This document shows, piece after piece, positions 35,189 to 45,142 of a stretch of 64,000 nt of DNA (within the stretch, counting starts at the first letter, position 1; each line of letters starts with the position of its first letter). The stretch is from contig JAPDJW010000003.1 in NCBI GenBank assembly GCA_029258885.1, positions 1 through 64,000 on the forward strand. Reading direction: 5' to 3'. The notes under the pieces are model-generated. The model saw only the letters and a list, made by a program, of their open reading frames with translations. It was not told the DNA's origin and did not search any database. The position numbers and the translations under genes are program-made. This stretch comes from Thermoproteota archaeon. Its GTDB lineage: Archaea; Thermoproteota; Thermoprotei; Thermofilales; B9-G17.

Positions 35189-36427
35189 ATGAGGATATTA
35201 AATATATTCACGCTAGTTTTATTCTTAGTTCTATTGACAATTATTCTACCTCCTCGGCTAATAGCATTATCGTCCGGAGGAAAGAGGCTAAATGTTATTA
35301 GCTTAAGGATAAGCTTCAGCGTTCCCTATGGAGCCCATGGGCTTACCTATAGGCTCAGGATATATAATCTAACTAACTGTATGTTTAAATTGATATGGAG
35401 AGCGAGCATTAAATATGTGCCTCCAGAGTACGGTATGGAGATTCCATTAAGGATGTGGGTAATACCTGCTTCATACAGCCATATTACATCAAAGACCACA
35501 TACGAACACCAGGACATATGGATATATGTATATGCCTTCGACACAAATAGGAAGGCTATATACTATGGATCAACTACGTTAAGTATATTTCCCGATAAAG
35601 ATAAGGTGGTTTATGTAACATTAAATATAGAAGAATATACTCTCTATTCCAGCGATAAGCAGGTATTAGCCGAGGAGGTTCCAGATATAAACCAGTATGA
35701 TAGCAGGATTGAACAAAAATGCGAACAAGCAGTAATGTGTGCTGCTAAGATTCCGGGAATGGGCACTTACGCGAAATGCATTATACCCTCAGGAACTCGT
35801 GTTAAAATTCAGAGTTTTGAGAGATTCTACTATTCATACGACGATCATCCAAGAGATCCCGATGCAGTATGGTATATGAGAGACTGGAGCCCCTCAGGAT
35901 ATACGACTATTCTCATAGATGGCGACCATATCCGCGAGGTAAATGACTCTGCTTCAATGAAGTGGTATCTCACGAACGTTAAATTTGTTACGTATACCTC
36001 GGGAAGCGTAAATGAGGCATCAGACGATGGATCTCCACTGCCCGATTGTTACAGTTTTGTTGTCGTAAAGTTCTTTGCATCAGACACTAGCTCGAATGGC
36101 GTAAGCTCTGAACGGTGGAATCCACTGAGTAGTGGAAGCTACTATGATGAATTTGATAGACCCGAGATAGGCGAAGATAAATTCCCCTTAAGTTCAGTTT
36201 ATAGCCTACAGGAGGTAATGTATCAATTTGAATTTTGGGCAGTTGTAGGATGTAAAAAGTGTGAAGTAGATATTTGGGCTGAGGTATCCTTTAGGTATAG
36301 GTGTAGTGACTTTATCCTCAAGGCGGGGATAAGCTCTTGGAATCAAGTTCCAGGCCAATATAATAAGTTTGTAATATACACCTATGATTCTGCTAAGAGT
36401 AGAGTAAGAGGAGCTTTCGAAGGCTAA
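35189..36427 (+). CDS. Secreted or surface hypothetical protein
   Basis: Signal-peptide-like N-terminus; 412-aa beta-rich, Tyr/Ser/Asp-rich sequence; no family recognised. Confidence 0.65.
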   Translation: MRILNIFTLVLFLVLLTIILPPRLIALSSGGKRLNVISLRISFSVPYGAHGLTYRLRIYNLTNCMFKLIWRASIKYVPPEYGMEIPLRMWVIPASYSHITSKTTYEHQDIWIYVYAFDTNRKAIYYGSTTLSIFPDKDKVVYVTLNIEEYTLYSSDKQVLAEEVPDINQYDSRIEQKCEQAVMCAAKIPGMGTYAKCIIPSGTRVKIQSFERFYYSYDDHPRDPDAVWYMRDWSPSGYTTILIDGDHIREVNDSASMKWYLTNVKFVTYTSGSVNEASDDGSPLPDCYSFVVVKFFASDTSSNGVSSERWNPLSSGSYYDEFDRPEIGEDKFPLSSVYSLQEVMYQFEFWAVVGCKKCEVDIWAEVSFRYRCSDFILKAGISSWNQVPGQYNKFVIYTYDSAKSRVRGAFEG

Positions 36428-36705
36428 AGCCTTGTTTTAAGACCTCTTAAAACAATTTTATCCCGCGTAAATATTTTTCATTTCACTTATTGTATCAAAA
36501 CCATAGAACATATACTACATAAGGAGTATTTGAGGCTACTATTATGAGGGAAAGCTAATAACCTAAGTTTAATGGAGGTGTTTATAGCAACTTGAATTTA
36601 GAAGTATTCATAGTATCCGTAGTAGTTACTGGAAATAGCTACGGTAATAATAGTGAAGAGCTAAAGGCATAAAAAGATATTAAGTCTCTAGCTAGATTAC
36701 TACCT

Positions 36706-37410
36706 ATGGCTGGTTCCATCAGAATTCTCATGATAAGCGATCTCCACTTCTCGAGAGAAGGTGTTAGTGAATCACTTGCATTTAAGTGGCTTGAAGAAAT
36801 TGTTTCATATCATAGTCCTGATGTACTGTTGTCCTGCGGTGATTGGGGGGAAGATTGTTCAATTGAAAACTTTAACTCAATCCTAGCTTTAACGAGAATA
36901 TATAGCATCTACGGTAATCACGATAATTTACCAGTTTTACGTGCTTTAAGGAATGTTGATGGAACACTTGTTCTACTGGAGGATAAGGTCGTAAATATTA
37001 ATGGCTTAAGGATTGCAGGCATATGTGGCATAATTGCTGAAAGAAGGAGAGTGAAGAAGGGGGTGCCTAGGAAGCGGCCGGAGGAATATGTGGAGGCTGC
37101 TATGAAAATCGCTAGGCGGGGCGGAGCAGATATACTGTTAATTCATGAAACACCGCCATTTTCGGAGTACAGGCGTGTAATGCATTTTAGGGAATCCCTT
37201 CAGGCCGTGATTGAGGCCATGGAAATCATTAGGCCGAAGCTCGTCCTAAACGGTCATCTGCACTTCTCCCCCTATACTCTAATTAAACTTGAGGATTACC
37301 TCTACCTTAGAATTATTAGCTCCCAGAAGATGAGGCACTACGCCCTACTAGACGACAGCAAAATTTCAATATATCACGATAGGGTAAAGATACTCGAGGA
37401 GCAACTTTAG
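36706..37410 (+). CDS. Calcineurin-like metallophosphoesterase
   Basis: SDLH, CGDW, YGNHD, IHETP, GHLH. Confidence 0.9.
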   Translation: MAGSIRILMISDLHFSREGVSESLAFKWLEEIVSYHSPDVLLSCGDWGEDCSIENFNSILALTRIYSIYGNHDNLPVLRALRNVDGTLVLLEDKVVNINGLRIAGICGIIAERRRVKKGVPRKRPEEYVEAAMKIARRGGADILLIHETPPFSEYRRVMHFRESLQAVIEAMEIIRPKLVLNGHLHFSPYTLIKLEDYLYLRIISSQKMRHYALLDDSKISIYHDRVKILEEQL

Positions 37411-37414
37411 GGTA

Positions 37415-37858
37415 CTATAGATCGAATACTACTTTAAGCTCCGCTTTATCGTTCTGCTTTATCTCCATAAGCGAGTAGGTTACCGCCTTTATCTCACACC
37501 TACTCTCATGCCTGGATAAATCGACCTTTTCACCCCACGCCTCGCCCCTAAGCATGTATTCTCCATCCTGTTTCCCGATTTCATGAACCTTAAACTTCGA
37601 GAATAGAAGCCTCTCGGCATCATAGTAGTAGAGGAGTTCTTCAAGCCAATTTAATAGCAGCTGATAGAGGTCTATGCCCTTAACCTCTACCTCGATCCTA
37701 ACCTCAGGCTTAACCTTAGACGTGTCCGTCATAACCTCAAACATCGCTAGTGCAGCATACTCGAACGCCTCCTCCAGGGTATCGCCCCACGCATGGATAT
37801 AGGCATCCGACATATGCTCAAGGAACCTGAATCCACCAGCCATCAAACCACCACCCAA
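37415..37858 (-). CDS. Archease
   Basis: FLEHMSDAYI.AWG.TLEEAF, WLEELL, EIKAVTY. Confidence 0.95.
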   Translation of the reverse strand: MGGGLMAGGFRFLEHMSDAYIHAWGDTLEEAFEYAALAMFEVMTDTSKVKPEVRIEVEVKGIDLYQLLLNWLEELLYYYDAERLLFSKFKVHEIGKQDGEYMLRGEAWGEKVDLSRHESRCEIKAVTYSLMEIKQNDKAELKVVFDL

Positions 37859-37873
37859 TATTTACGTTATTAT

Positions 37874-38206
37874 TTAGAGTAGCCTCGGAAGATGGAACAT
37901 GCTTAGAATAACCAGTACAACATATATTATGACTGCGAGAGCTATTGCCTTCAGGAGCCCTATATCATACATCTTCATTAACACTAGAATCCACACCAGT
38001 ACAGCTATGGGCGTAAGTATCCACGATATCAGGTTAAATAGAGTAAAGATTATTGCACCGATAAGCGCCGTCCACAATGCAGTTGAGAAGTTCTTCCTCG
38101 CCCCAACTATTATGGCCGAGACGTGTATTGCAAGTGCGCTGATAATCCATCCTATAGCGAAAATTATAATGTTTTCAATAACCCTGACAATTTCCGGGGA
38201 CATCAT
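37874..38206 (-). CDS. Small membrane protein
   Basis: 110 aa, 4 hydrophobic segments, co-oriented with archease. Confidence 0.65.
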   Translation of the reverse strand: MMSPEIVRVIENIIIFAIGWIISALAIHVSAIIVGARKNFSTALWTALIGAIIFTLFNLISWILTPIAVLVWILVLMKMYDIGLLKAIALAVIIYVVLVILSMFHLPRLL

Positions 38207-38275
38207 CGATTAGCATATAGGGGGTCTCGCTTAAATATTTGCTCCTCCATAAATATCGGATAGAGGCTCGGAGAC

Positions 38276-39427
38276 ATGGCTGAATACAGGTATTCCGGTA
38301 GAACGAGGGATGGAGTATACGTCTACCTAGTAGTTAAAGCTGAAGTAGCCAGTGGGCAGGAGGAGCTTTTCTCTAGAGCAATGCCGTTAATTGTAAGTGA
38401 GGTATTAAACCTATTCAACTTTAACGAGCTAACAGGAGTAAAATGCAGGAGATATATAGTTGATAATCTGAGGCGGAAGGGCGTTGCGGCCTCTAACGTG
38501 AGGATAATAACATCATTTAGATGCCCAAGATGTAACGCTTCCCTAGAATACTCTCCCGAATCCGTGATGCTTATATGCTCGTACTGCGGCTGGGTAGGCA
38601 ATATATATGGAGTTGAGGAGGAGGCCTACTTCTGGAAGCCCGTAGACTTGAGCACAGCTTTCAGCAAGCTCTCCCGTAGAGTCGGAGGCCGCATTAGGCT
38701 ATCCGAATACAACCTTAAGTTTGTGCCAGTATACGTCTATAGGGCTGACGTTGATGTAAGCTATAGGGGATACAAGGTGGTTAGAGGTAGTAAGGGGAGA
38801 GTCAGGTACGTCCCTAGGAGCGGAGCCTTCAGGGAGAGCATAATCTATCCAGTTATCCTGAGAATGAATACCGAAATATACGGTGAGGAGTTCAGGAGAG
38901 CTGTAGCATACAATTTCGAGAGAATAGGTATAATGGTCCTAGATAGCGAGCACGGTAAGAAGTACTCTAAGAACATCCTAGCTCCCGAGGTTAGCTGTGA
39001 GGAGGCTGAAGGAATGGCTGTAGATGGAATAGAGGACCACTATTTAGAGCGTGTAAGGGAGCATCTTGACGGAATCACCAGCTTCAACTGTAAGGTAAAC
39101 TTAAGCAAGCCCATGCTGGTCTTCACTCCCATATGGACGATAATATACGAAGCTGGCAGAAGAATATATAGAGCGGTAATTGACGGAGTAACTGGAAACA
39201 TTCTTGTCTCAGAAGCACCCTTAGGGACGACGGCCAGGATTGGATACATAATGGCCGCCTATGGGGTTGCGTTGGCTGCGCCTCTAGCTTTAGAGTTTCT
39301 TCTTAGGATGGAGGACTCCGACGTATTCAGCCTTGTATTGATAGTGTTTCTCGGCGCATTCGCATTCATATATAAGTTTATTTCAAGCATATTCAAGCCG
39401 TATAGGAGAGTGAGCGATTATCTATGA
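38276..39427 (+). CDS. Double Zn-ribbon membrane protein (YdjG-like) with an N-terminal extension
   Basis: CPRCNA...CSYCG; FVPVYVY; PIWTIIY..G..YRAVIDGVTG; two C-terminal TM helices. Confidence 0.65.
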   Translation: MAEYRYSGRTRDGVYVYLVVKAEVASGQEELFSRAMPLIVSEVLNLFNFNELTGVKCRRYIVDNLRRKGVAASNVRIITSFRCPRCNASLEYSPESVMLICSYCGWVGNIYGVEEEAYFWKPVDLSTAFSKLSRRVGGRIRLSEYNLKFVPVYVYRADVDVSYRGYKVVRGSKGRVRYVPRSGAFRESIIYPVILRMNTEIYGEEFRRAVAYNFERIGIMVLDSEHGKKYSKNILAPEVSCEEAEGMAVDGIEDHYLERVREHLDGITSFNCKVNLSKPMLVFTPIWTIIYEAGRRIYRAVIDGVTGNILVSEAPLGTTARIGYIMAAYGVALAAPLALEFLLRMEDSDVFSLVLIVFLGAFAFIYKFISSIFKPYRRVSDYL

Positions 39428-40407
39428 GAATTAGATGCACCTACTGTGGAGCCGAATTAGAAATTAATCCAGAGGACAAGGTAGTTACCTGTCAATACTG
39501 TGGAACAACATTCATGGTAGGCGGCGGTGAAATCGAAAGACATCTAATGGGTACAGTTAACTATAGCGTCCAAGAGATCTTCAAAATATTCAAGGAGTGG
39601 GCATTGAGAAAGCCTGAAACCCCAAACGACTTCGAGCTATCTTCATCACTAAGATCTTGGAGGCTAATGTTTCTCCCATACTGGCTGTTTAAAGTTAGGG
39701 TGAAGAGTAATTATAGAGGCTATGTTAGAGAGGTTACAAGAGGTCTATGGAGGCGCTTCAGGACGACAACTGTAACAGGATACGAAGAGGAAGTTTACGA
39801 TATTGCCGTTCCAGCATCCTCGAAAAGCCTAAAGCACGAGTTCGGGCTAAGGGGTAAGGTATTCTTCAACGAAAGGGAGGTTAGGGACAACAACGGCATA
39901 TTAGTACATGCATCCGTAGATATGGGGTACGCCAAGAATAGGGCTAAAAGCATGGCAGTGGAGAGGCTTATCGGCAAGCTCGGGAGAAGGGGAGTATTTA
40001 ACGTGAATATCGTGGGCAGTACAGTTGATATACTGGATGAATCCTTCGTACATATCCCAATCTACGAAATAGAATACCGGTACAGGGGCGGGACATACAA
40101 GTTCTACGCCGACGCCTCTGATTCCAGGATAATTCTCGCCGAGATACCGAGTGGATTAGTCTTTAGAACCGGACTAATCACACTAGCATTAACCTCGTTT
40201 GCAGCTGGCGTAGGAGCGTTCATCCTAGGCTTAACCTTAAGCATGCCAATATTTGCAGTAACTTCAGCAATATACTTCGGGACGATAGGCGTATTACTGG
40301 GTAGAAAAGCCGCTGAAAGGAAGGTTGTTCTACATAGATACGGGAGCAGAGAGGAGGGAGAGATTCCCAGGAAACTGCTGGATATTATAGGTGTTAAAGC
40401 TGTATAA
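39424..40407 (+). CDS. Double Zn-ribbon membrane protein (YdjG-like), paralogue of the upstream gene
   Basis: CTYCGA...CQYCG; FLPYWLF; IPIYEIEYRYRG..Y.FYADAS; two C-terminal TM helices; ATGA overlap with the upstream gene. Confidence 0.65.
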   Translation: MRIRCTYCGAELEINPEDKVVTCQYCGTTFMVGGGEIERHLMGTVNYSVQEIFKIFKEWALRKPETPNDFELSSSLRSWRLMFLPYWLFKVRVKSNYRGYVREVTRGLWRRFRTTTVTGYEEEVYDIAVPASSKSLKHEFGLRGKVFFNEREVRDNNGILVHASVDMGYAKNRAKSMAVERLIGKLGRRGVFNVNIVGSTVDILDESFVHIPIYEIEYRYRGGTYKFYADASDSRIILAEIPSGLVFRTGLITLALTSFAAGVGAFILGLTLSMPIFAVTSAIYFGTIGVLLGRKAAERKVVLHRYGSREEGEIPRKLLDIIGVKAV

Positions 40408-40795
40408 ACGATGGCTTAACGAGCCTAACCCCGCTTATTGATTCCAGCTCGTTAATGAGGCGCACAACCTCCCCGCTGTAGCCTTCAATAAGTATTACAT
40501 CCATACATCTATCCCTTGTAATGTGTACATGCACGAGCGACTTTATGATGTATAGATACTTGTGCTGGATAGATATCAGCCGTTTATTCGTATCGGCAAC
40601 CGCATGATCATAGATTACTATGATTGCACCAACCAGTTTAGCTGGACTTTCAATCCACTCCCTCTCACTAAGGTATAGCCTAACAGCTTCCTCGATAACT
40701 CTAGACCTATTTCTCAATCCCCGCTTTTGAATGAACTCGTCAAGCCTTTTAAGCAGATCCTTATCTATTGAAATTCCCGTTCTAACGATTCTCAT
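40394..40795 (-). CDS. nikR: Nickel-responsive regulator NikR
   Basis: RHH N-terminus (GISIDKDLLKRLD..NRSRVI); YDH, HVH and C ligands (IYDH...LVHVHITRDRCMD) all intact. Confidence 0.92.
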   Translation of the reverse strand: MRIVRTGISIDKDLLKRLDEFIQKRGLRNRSRVIEEAVRLYLSEREWIESPAKLVGAIIVIYDHAVADTNKRLISIQHKYLYIIKSLVHVHITRDRCMDVILIEGYSGEVVRLINELESISGVRLVKPSFIQL

Positions 40796-40856
40796 GCTAT
40801 GTTTATTAAAGAAATAATTGCTATAAAAATCTTAATGCTGAAATCATTTTACGCAA

Positions 40857-41423
40857 CTAAATGGGTTTAGCAAGTATCTTCCTTATCCTAAGATCAAACA
40901 GCCTCCTGGAGGTCGATGGCTTAACTAACAAGACCGTATCTGCTCCTCTCCCTGTGCCACCTATGGCAATTACGTCCTCATCCAGTGGAATACATCCAGC
41001 ATCCGCAGCCATCAAAACTATCTCAACACAAACCTTCACACCCTGACAGAACAGCCTCAATACATCGGCTATAAGGTCGGCTGGAGAAAGACCACCATAT
41101 TTATCCCTAACAGCCCTATCAACTCCCCTAAAGGCGTGGGCAGCCGTAACAACCTTAACACCCCTACTAACCAGCTTCCTCCTTATCTCCTCATCAAACT
41201 CCTGCCTAACACTAGGCCTAAACCACGCTTCATGAGTAACCACGACAAGGTTATAGCCTTCACCAAAATACTCCAAAGCCTTCTCCGCAGTCTTACCCCT
41301 CGTCGAAGCCACCACAATACTCCTTATACCATGCTTATCAGCGTATTCCTTAGCTATCCTTAAAGCCTCGTCGGTATTCTCCTCACCAGCCTTCTCAAAG
41401 TAGAGAACCCTCTCAACAGCCAT
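40857..41423 (-). CDS. Stand-alone pyruvate-kinase C-terminal (alpha/beta) domain protein (COG1751-like)
   Basis: YFEKAGEENT, IVVASTRGKTA, GVKVCVEIVLMAADAG, IGGTGRGADT. Confidence 0.85.
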   Translation of the reverse strand: MAVERVLYFEKAGEENTDEALRIAKEYADKHGIRSIVVASTRGKTAEKALEYFGEGYNLVVVTHEAWFRPSVRQEFDEEIRRKLVSRGVKVVTAAHAFRGVDRAVRDKYGGLSPADLIADVLRLFCQGVKVCVEIVLMAADAGCIPLDEDVIAIGGTGRGADTVLLVKPSTSRRLFDLRIRKILAKPI

Positions 41424-41730
41424 ACATTAGTATAGTCGACTAAAACTTAAAAGCATTAATAATTTAAAACACTGTTAAAACATTAAATTAAAATAAACTG
41501 CCTTACCAAAATCTATTAATTAATATATAATTAACTTAATGCGACTAATACAAAGTGTATTAAGTTTATGAAAGAGAATATTATTAAACAAAATTTATTA
41601 TTTCAAGGATGAAGATTTAAAGAAATATTAAGAATAATGCATGTTCGCAAATGAAATTAATCATAAAAATAGTGCATTTTAAATAAGTAGAGTAGAAAAT
41701 ATTAATATTCATTAAGTAAATATTTTATTA

Positions 41731-42510
41731 TTGAGAGAATATGAGAAAAATAATTTTTTACTGCTTTTATCTCTAATAGTCGTAGGAGTTTATTTGTTCT
41801 TTTATGTTTCATCTATGACGGGAAGTAGGTCGGGAGAGGAGAGAGCTAGATTCTGGTATAAGATGTTGAATATAACCAAGGTTGATGGCAATACAAGGTT
41901 AAACAGAACTATCGTTTTCATGGTGCTTAGGTCAAGTGATGAGCTCTATGCTATTGTACTGCTTGCTACTGTTCTTGTAGGAGGTGTAAGTAACAATACG
42001 TATTCTTATGGTATTACAGTTTATGTGTTTCCTTTAAATTATTCTGCGGGCGATGTTGTTGGCTGTGGATGGTACGACTTCAATATTTCTAAGCTTTTAA
42101 TAAGCTCAGAGTACAGCGATTATCTAAATATAACTAATCTAGGGCCACGTGTTATTAATTTAAAGTATAGATCTGGAGAAGTCAGATCCGATGGTATTCA
42201 TCATGGCGAGGATCTCTTTGGCTATATAGGTATAGGTCCTGGCAGGGATTTTAATGTTAGCGAGATGAAGGGAATTTCATGGTTTGCAATGTATATATCT
42301 GTTAGAAATCCTATGGTTTTTCTCAAGGATGGGGATATTATAATTTCCCCTATTACTTTCAGGCTTAAATATGTATTCGTTAGATCGGGTAATGGATGGA
42401 ACTCCCTCTTCTTCCTCGAGGTGTTAAAGAAGAGTAGCATCCTTAAGGTCAAGCTTCACCGTGAGGGTGAGATATATTATCTAAACCTCGTATTAAAAAC
42501 TAATTTTTAA
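41731..42510 (+). CDS. Membrane-anchored hypothetical protein (AT-rich)
   Basis: Single N-terminal TM helix; no family recognised. Confidence 0.55.
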   Translation: MREYEKNNFLLLLSLIVVGVYLFFYVSSMTGSRSGEERARFWYKMLNITKVDGNTRLNRTIVFMVLRSSDELYAIVLLATVLVGGVSNNTYSYGITVYVFPLNYSAGDVVGCGWYDFNISKLLISSEYSDYLNITNLGPRVINLKYRSGEVRSDGIHHGEDLFGYIGIGPGRDFNVSEMKGISWFAMYISVRNPMVFLKDGDIIISPITFRLKYVFVRSGNGWNSLFFLEVLKKSSILKVKLHREGEIYYLNLVLKTNF

Positions 42511-42625
42511 ACTTTTACCAAGCTCGGCTGATTGTTTCGTAGGATACTTTTTAGAGAACCTAGTTACGGAAGGAGATCTTGAAGATATAATTTCCGTAGC
42601 TACTACGAATATTTAAGCTAAGGGA

Positions 42626-42659
42626 TACATTTATAAGTGTATGTATACATTTATAAATG
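42626..42659 (+). promoter_or_regulatory. Tandem palindromes CATTTATAAGTG / CATTTATAAATG (20-nt period); VapB operator candidates
   Basis: At 42628-42639 and 42648-42659, directly upstream of the probable antitoxin ATG at 42668. Confidence 0.5.
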
Positions 42660-42889
42660 GGGTTAAAATGGGAGTGAAAACGATAACTATATCTTCAGTA
42701 GCGTATGAAGCTCTAGTTAGAGAAAAAAGACCTGGTGAAAGTTTCTCCGACGTTATTCTAAGGCTGGTTAAAAAGAGCGGAGATCTAATGGAGCTAGCTG
42801 GCTCATGGAAAGGTGTAAGTGATGAGTTTGTAGAAGAGTTTTTGAAAGGAGTTAGGGAGGCATGGGCTATATGGAAAAATACGCATTAG
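42641..42889 (+). CDS. vapB: Antitoxin VapB (DUF217-type), pair 3; probable start 42668
   Basis: KTITISSVAYEALVREKRPGESFSDVILRL. Confidence 0.9.
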   Translation: MYTFINGVKMGVKTITISSVAYEALVREKRPGESFSDVILRLVKKSGDLMELAGSWKGVSDEFVEEFLKGVREAWAIWKNTH

Positions 42890-43281
42890 ATACAGATATT
42901 CTTATAGACTTTTTAAGGGGGAAGAATAAGGCTGTATCTGTAATTAAAAAGCTTAAGGAGGAAGGTTTTTTAGCGACTACAGTCATTAATATCTTTGAAT
43001 TATTTTGGGGGGCTTATAAACTTGGGAAGAAAAAGAGGATAGATGCCGTAAGAAGACTTACGGAACGATTAGAAATTCTATTTTTTAATGAAAAAATAGC
43101 AGAAAGCGCAGGTAAAGAGATCGCTCACCTTGAGAGCATAGGCTTACCCATAAATATAAGAGACCTATTAATCGGGACAATTGCTAGAGAGCATGGCTAC
43201 ATTATAGTGACTAGCGATGAGAAACATTTCCAGAGGATAAGAGAGTTAGAGGTCGTGAACTGGAGAAAAATGGCTACCTAA
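42862..43281 (+). CDS. vapC: PIN-domain toxin (VapC), pair 3
   Basis: LDTDILID, NIFEL, IRDLLIG, VTSDEKHF. Confidence 0.92.
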   Translation: MGYMEKYALDTDILIDFLRGKNKAVSVIKKLKEEGFLATTVINIFELFWGAYKLGKKKRIDAVRRLTERLEILFFNEKIAESAGKEIAHLESIGLPINIRDLLIGTIAREHGYIIVTSDEKHFQRIRELEVVNWRKMAT

Positions 43282-43410
43282 ATAAAAACCTTAAGCACTA
43301 AATTCTCTATAGATTTCTTTAGGGTGATCTTAGCTCTGATTAAATAAGAGATTCTTTAGTTAAGGCTCTCTGAAGGATAACAAACGAAACCTAAAGTTTA
43401 ATTGTAAAGC

Positions 43411-44778
43411 CTAGCGTTTAATTAATATGAACCTACCGTAGCTGGCTACTATTTTGCCTGGAGGCGGCTTCTTCATTCTGGTAGTTTCAACTATAAAATA
43501 CAGTGCAGGCTGCGGCTCAATCTTCTTACCGCCTCTAATAACGTCTATGTTTTTCTTTAAGGCTATGTATTCGACCCAGTAGAAGGCATGTGTCATCGCA
43601 ATCACCGTGGAGCCCTCTGGTACTTGGCTGATAAGATGCTCGAGGTCGTGATAATCCTTCATGGAGATAATCGGCCTGACCATATTTCGGCCGAAGTAGA
43701 AGTCTATCACGTAGGGCGACGCCACAATAACTAATAGCGTTAAGGCTAAGGCCTTCTCAACCCTAAGCCTAGAGAATATTCCGCCTATAACTATGGAGCC
43801 CGGATAGAATTGAACCAATGCAAACCTCCATAGGAAGTTCGTAGGTATTATCGGTAGCGTTAAACCGAGTCCTATAGCTAGGGAGGAAGCTAGAAGGGCT
43901 AGGTTAGGTATATCGTTCAGCTTACCCTTATAGGCGTAATATATTATGAAGGCTAAACATGCGAAGTCCGCTGGGAGAAATGATAGTATGAACTTATTTC
44001 TAAGGAATGCTTCAAATTCTGTACGCTCCATCTCGACAATTTCTTTAACTAGTGCCTCGCCCTTAAATACGTCGGCGAAGAAATCTGGATAGAGTGCTAG
44101 GCCAGCTAGAACCAGTGCTACTGTAAACGCTACGCCAGCAAATATAAGCTTATAACATCTGCTTTTATCCTCTGTCTTAAGCCCCAGTAGTGGATAGAGT
44201 ATTAGATATGATAGGCTTAAGCCGAAATCGAGTATATGTGTAAGGCCAGCTAAAGCCACGGATGCTAGCGCCAATACAAGATATATTTTACCGCCCCTTT
44301 TCACATACATTGAGGTAAAAAGTATAGTTAATGTAACGAAGATTAATCCAGTTGCATTTTTAAGGAAGTCTCCCGTAAGCCTTAGTAGTCCGGTGGAGAA
44401 GTAGTAGATAAACATGGTTAAGAATATTGATACTGTATTGAAGCCATGTATACGGAGCATAAGGTAGAGGGGTATAGCTGATAAAGCTATCGTGAGGGAG
44501 AGAGCAAGTCTTATGCTGAACGTTGGGTCGCCGAAGATGAGGGTGAACAGGTAGAATAGGTAGAAGGCGAGCGGAGGATCAGCATACTTCATCCTACCGT
44601 ATCTAGCTATATATTCGAGCTGGATTAAATAGTATGGTCCATCGATGCCGTAAAGCAGTGGAAATCTATTAAGAATAAGCATGTAAGTTGAAAATACTAT
44701 AACGATAAATATAGCTAGAAAAACTGCATCCGTTTTACGTAGCATAGATTTCTTGAGAGAAAACGCTAATTTAAGCAT
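43411..44778 (-). CDS. Polytopic GT-C-like membrane glycosyltransferase
   Basis: YGIDGPYY first-loop motif, DPPLAF, about 11 TM segments, C-terminal soluble tail. Confidence 0.6.
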   Translation of the reverse strand: MLKLAFSLKKSMLRKTDAVFLAIFIVIVFSTYMLILNRFPLLYGIDGPYYLIQLEYIARYGRMKYADPPLAFYLFYLFTLIFGDPTFSIRLALSLTIALSAIPLYLMLRIHGFNTVSIFLTMFIYYFSTGLLRLTGDFLKNATGLIFVTLTILFTSMYVKRGGKIYLVLALASVALAGLTHILDFGLSLSYLILYPLLGLKTEDKSRCYKLIFAGVAFTVALVLAGLALYPDFFADVFKGEALVKEIVEMERTEFEAFLRNKFILSFLPADFACLAFIIYYAYKGKLNDIPNLALLASSLAIGLGLTLPIIPTNFLWRFALVQFYPGSIVIGGIFSRLRVEKALALTLLVIVASPYVIDFYFGRNMVRPIISMKDYHDLEHLISQVPEGSTVIAMTHAFYWVEYIALKKNIDVIRGGKKIEPQPALYFIVETTRMKKPPPGKIVASYGRFILIKR

Positions 44779-44806
44779 TACGTATATAGCATTCCTTTGA
44801 ATTACG

Positions 44807-45142
44807 TTGGAGTTAACGTTGTATATTTTCTTAGAAAAATATAAATTGCTAAGTTATAGTATTATTCTTAGAATATGTTTAGGGACTAATATGATAGTTA
44901 GCAGGGTTTCAGCGAAGGGTTTAACGAGTATTCCAGCTAAAGTTAAGAGGGCCTTAAACATTGAGGAAGGGGATATTCTGGTATGGGAGGTGGATACAAG
45001 GCAGGGAGTTGCTATTGTTAAAGTCATTAAAAATCCCGTTAAGCATCTGAAGGGTAAATATAATGATCCCAATTTAACCTACGATAAGGTTGAGGGAATA
45101 GCGGATTCTATCGTTATGGGAGAGCTACATGCCGATAATTGA
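44807..45142 (+). CDS. vapB: AbrB-family antitoxin (VapB), pair 4; probable start ATG 44891
   Basis: SRVSAKGLTSIPAKVKRALNIEEGD. Confidence 0.88.
   Translation: MELTLYIFLEKYKLLSYSIILRICLGTNMIVSRVSAKGLTSIPAKVKRALNIEEGDILVWEVDTRQGVAIVKVIKNPVKHLKGKYNDPNLTYDKVEGIADSIVMGELHADN
44826..44875 (+). promoter_or_regulatory. Two palindromes with core TTCT-T-AGAA upstream of antitoxin pair 4
   Basis: TTTTCT-T-AGAAAA (44826-44838) and TATTCT-T-AGAATA (44863-44875). Confidence 0.45.
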
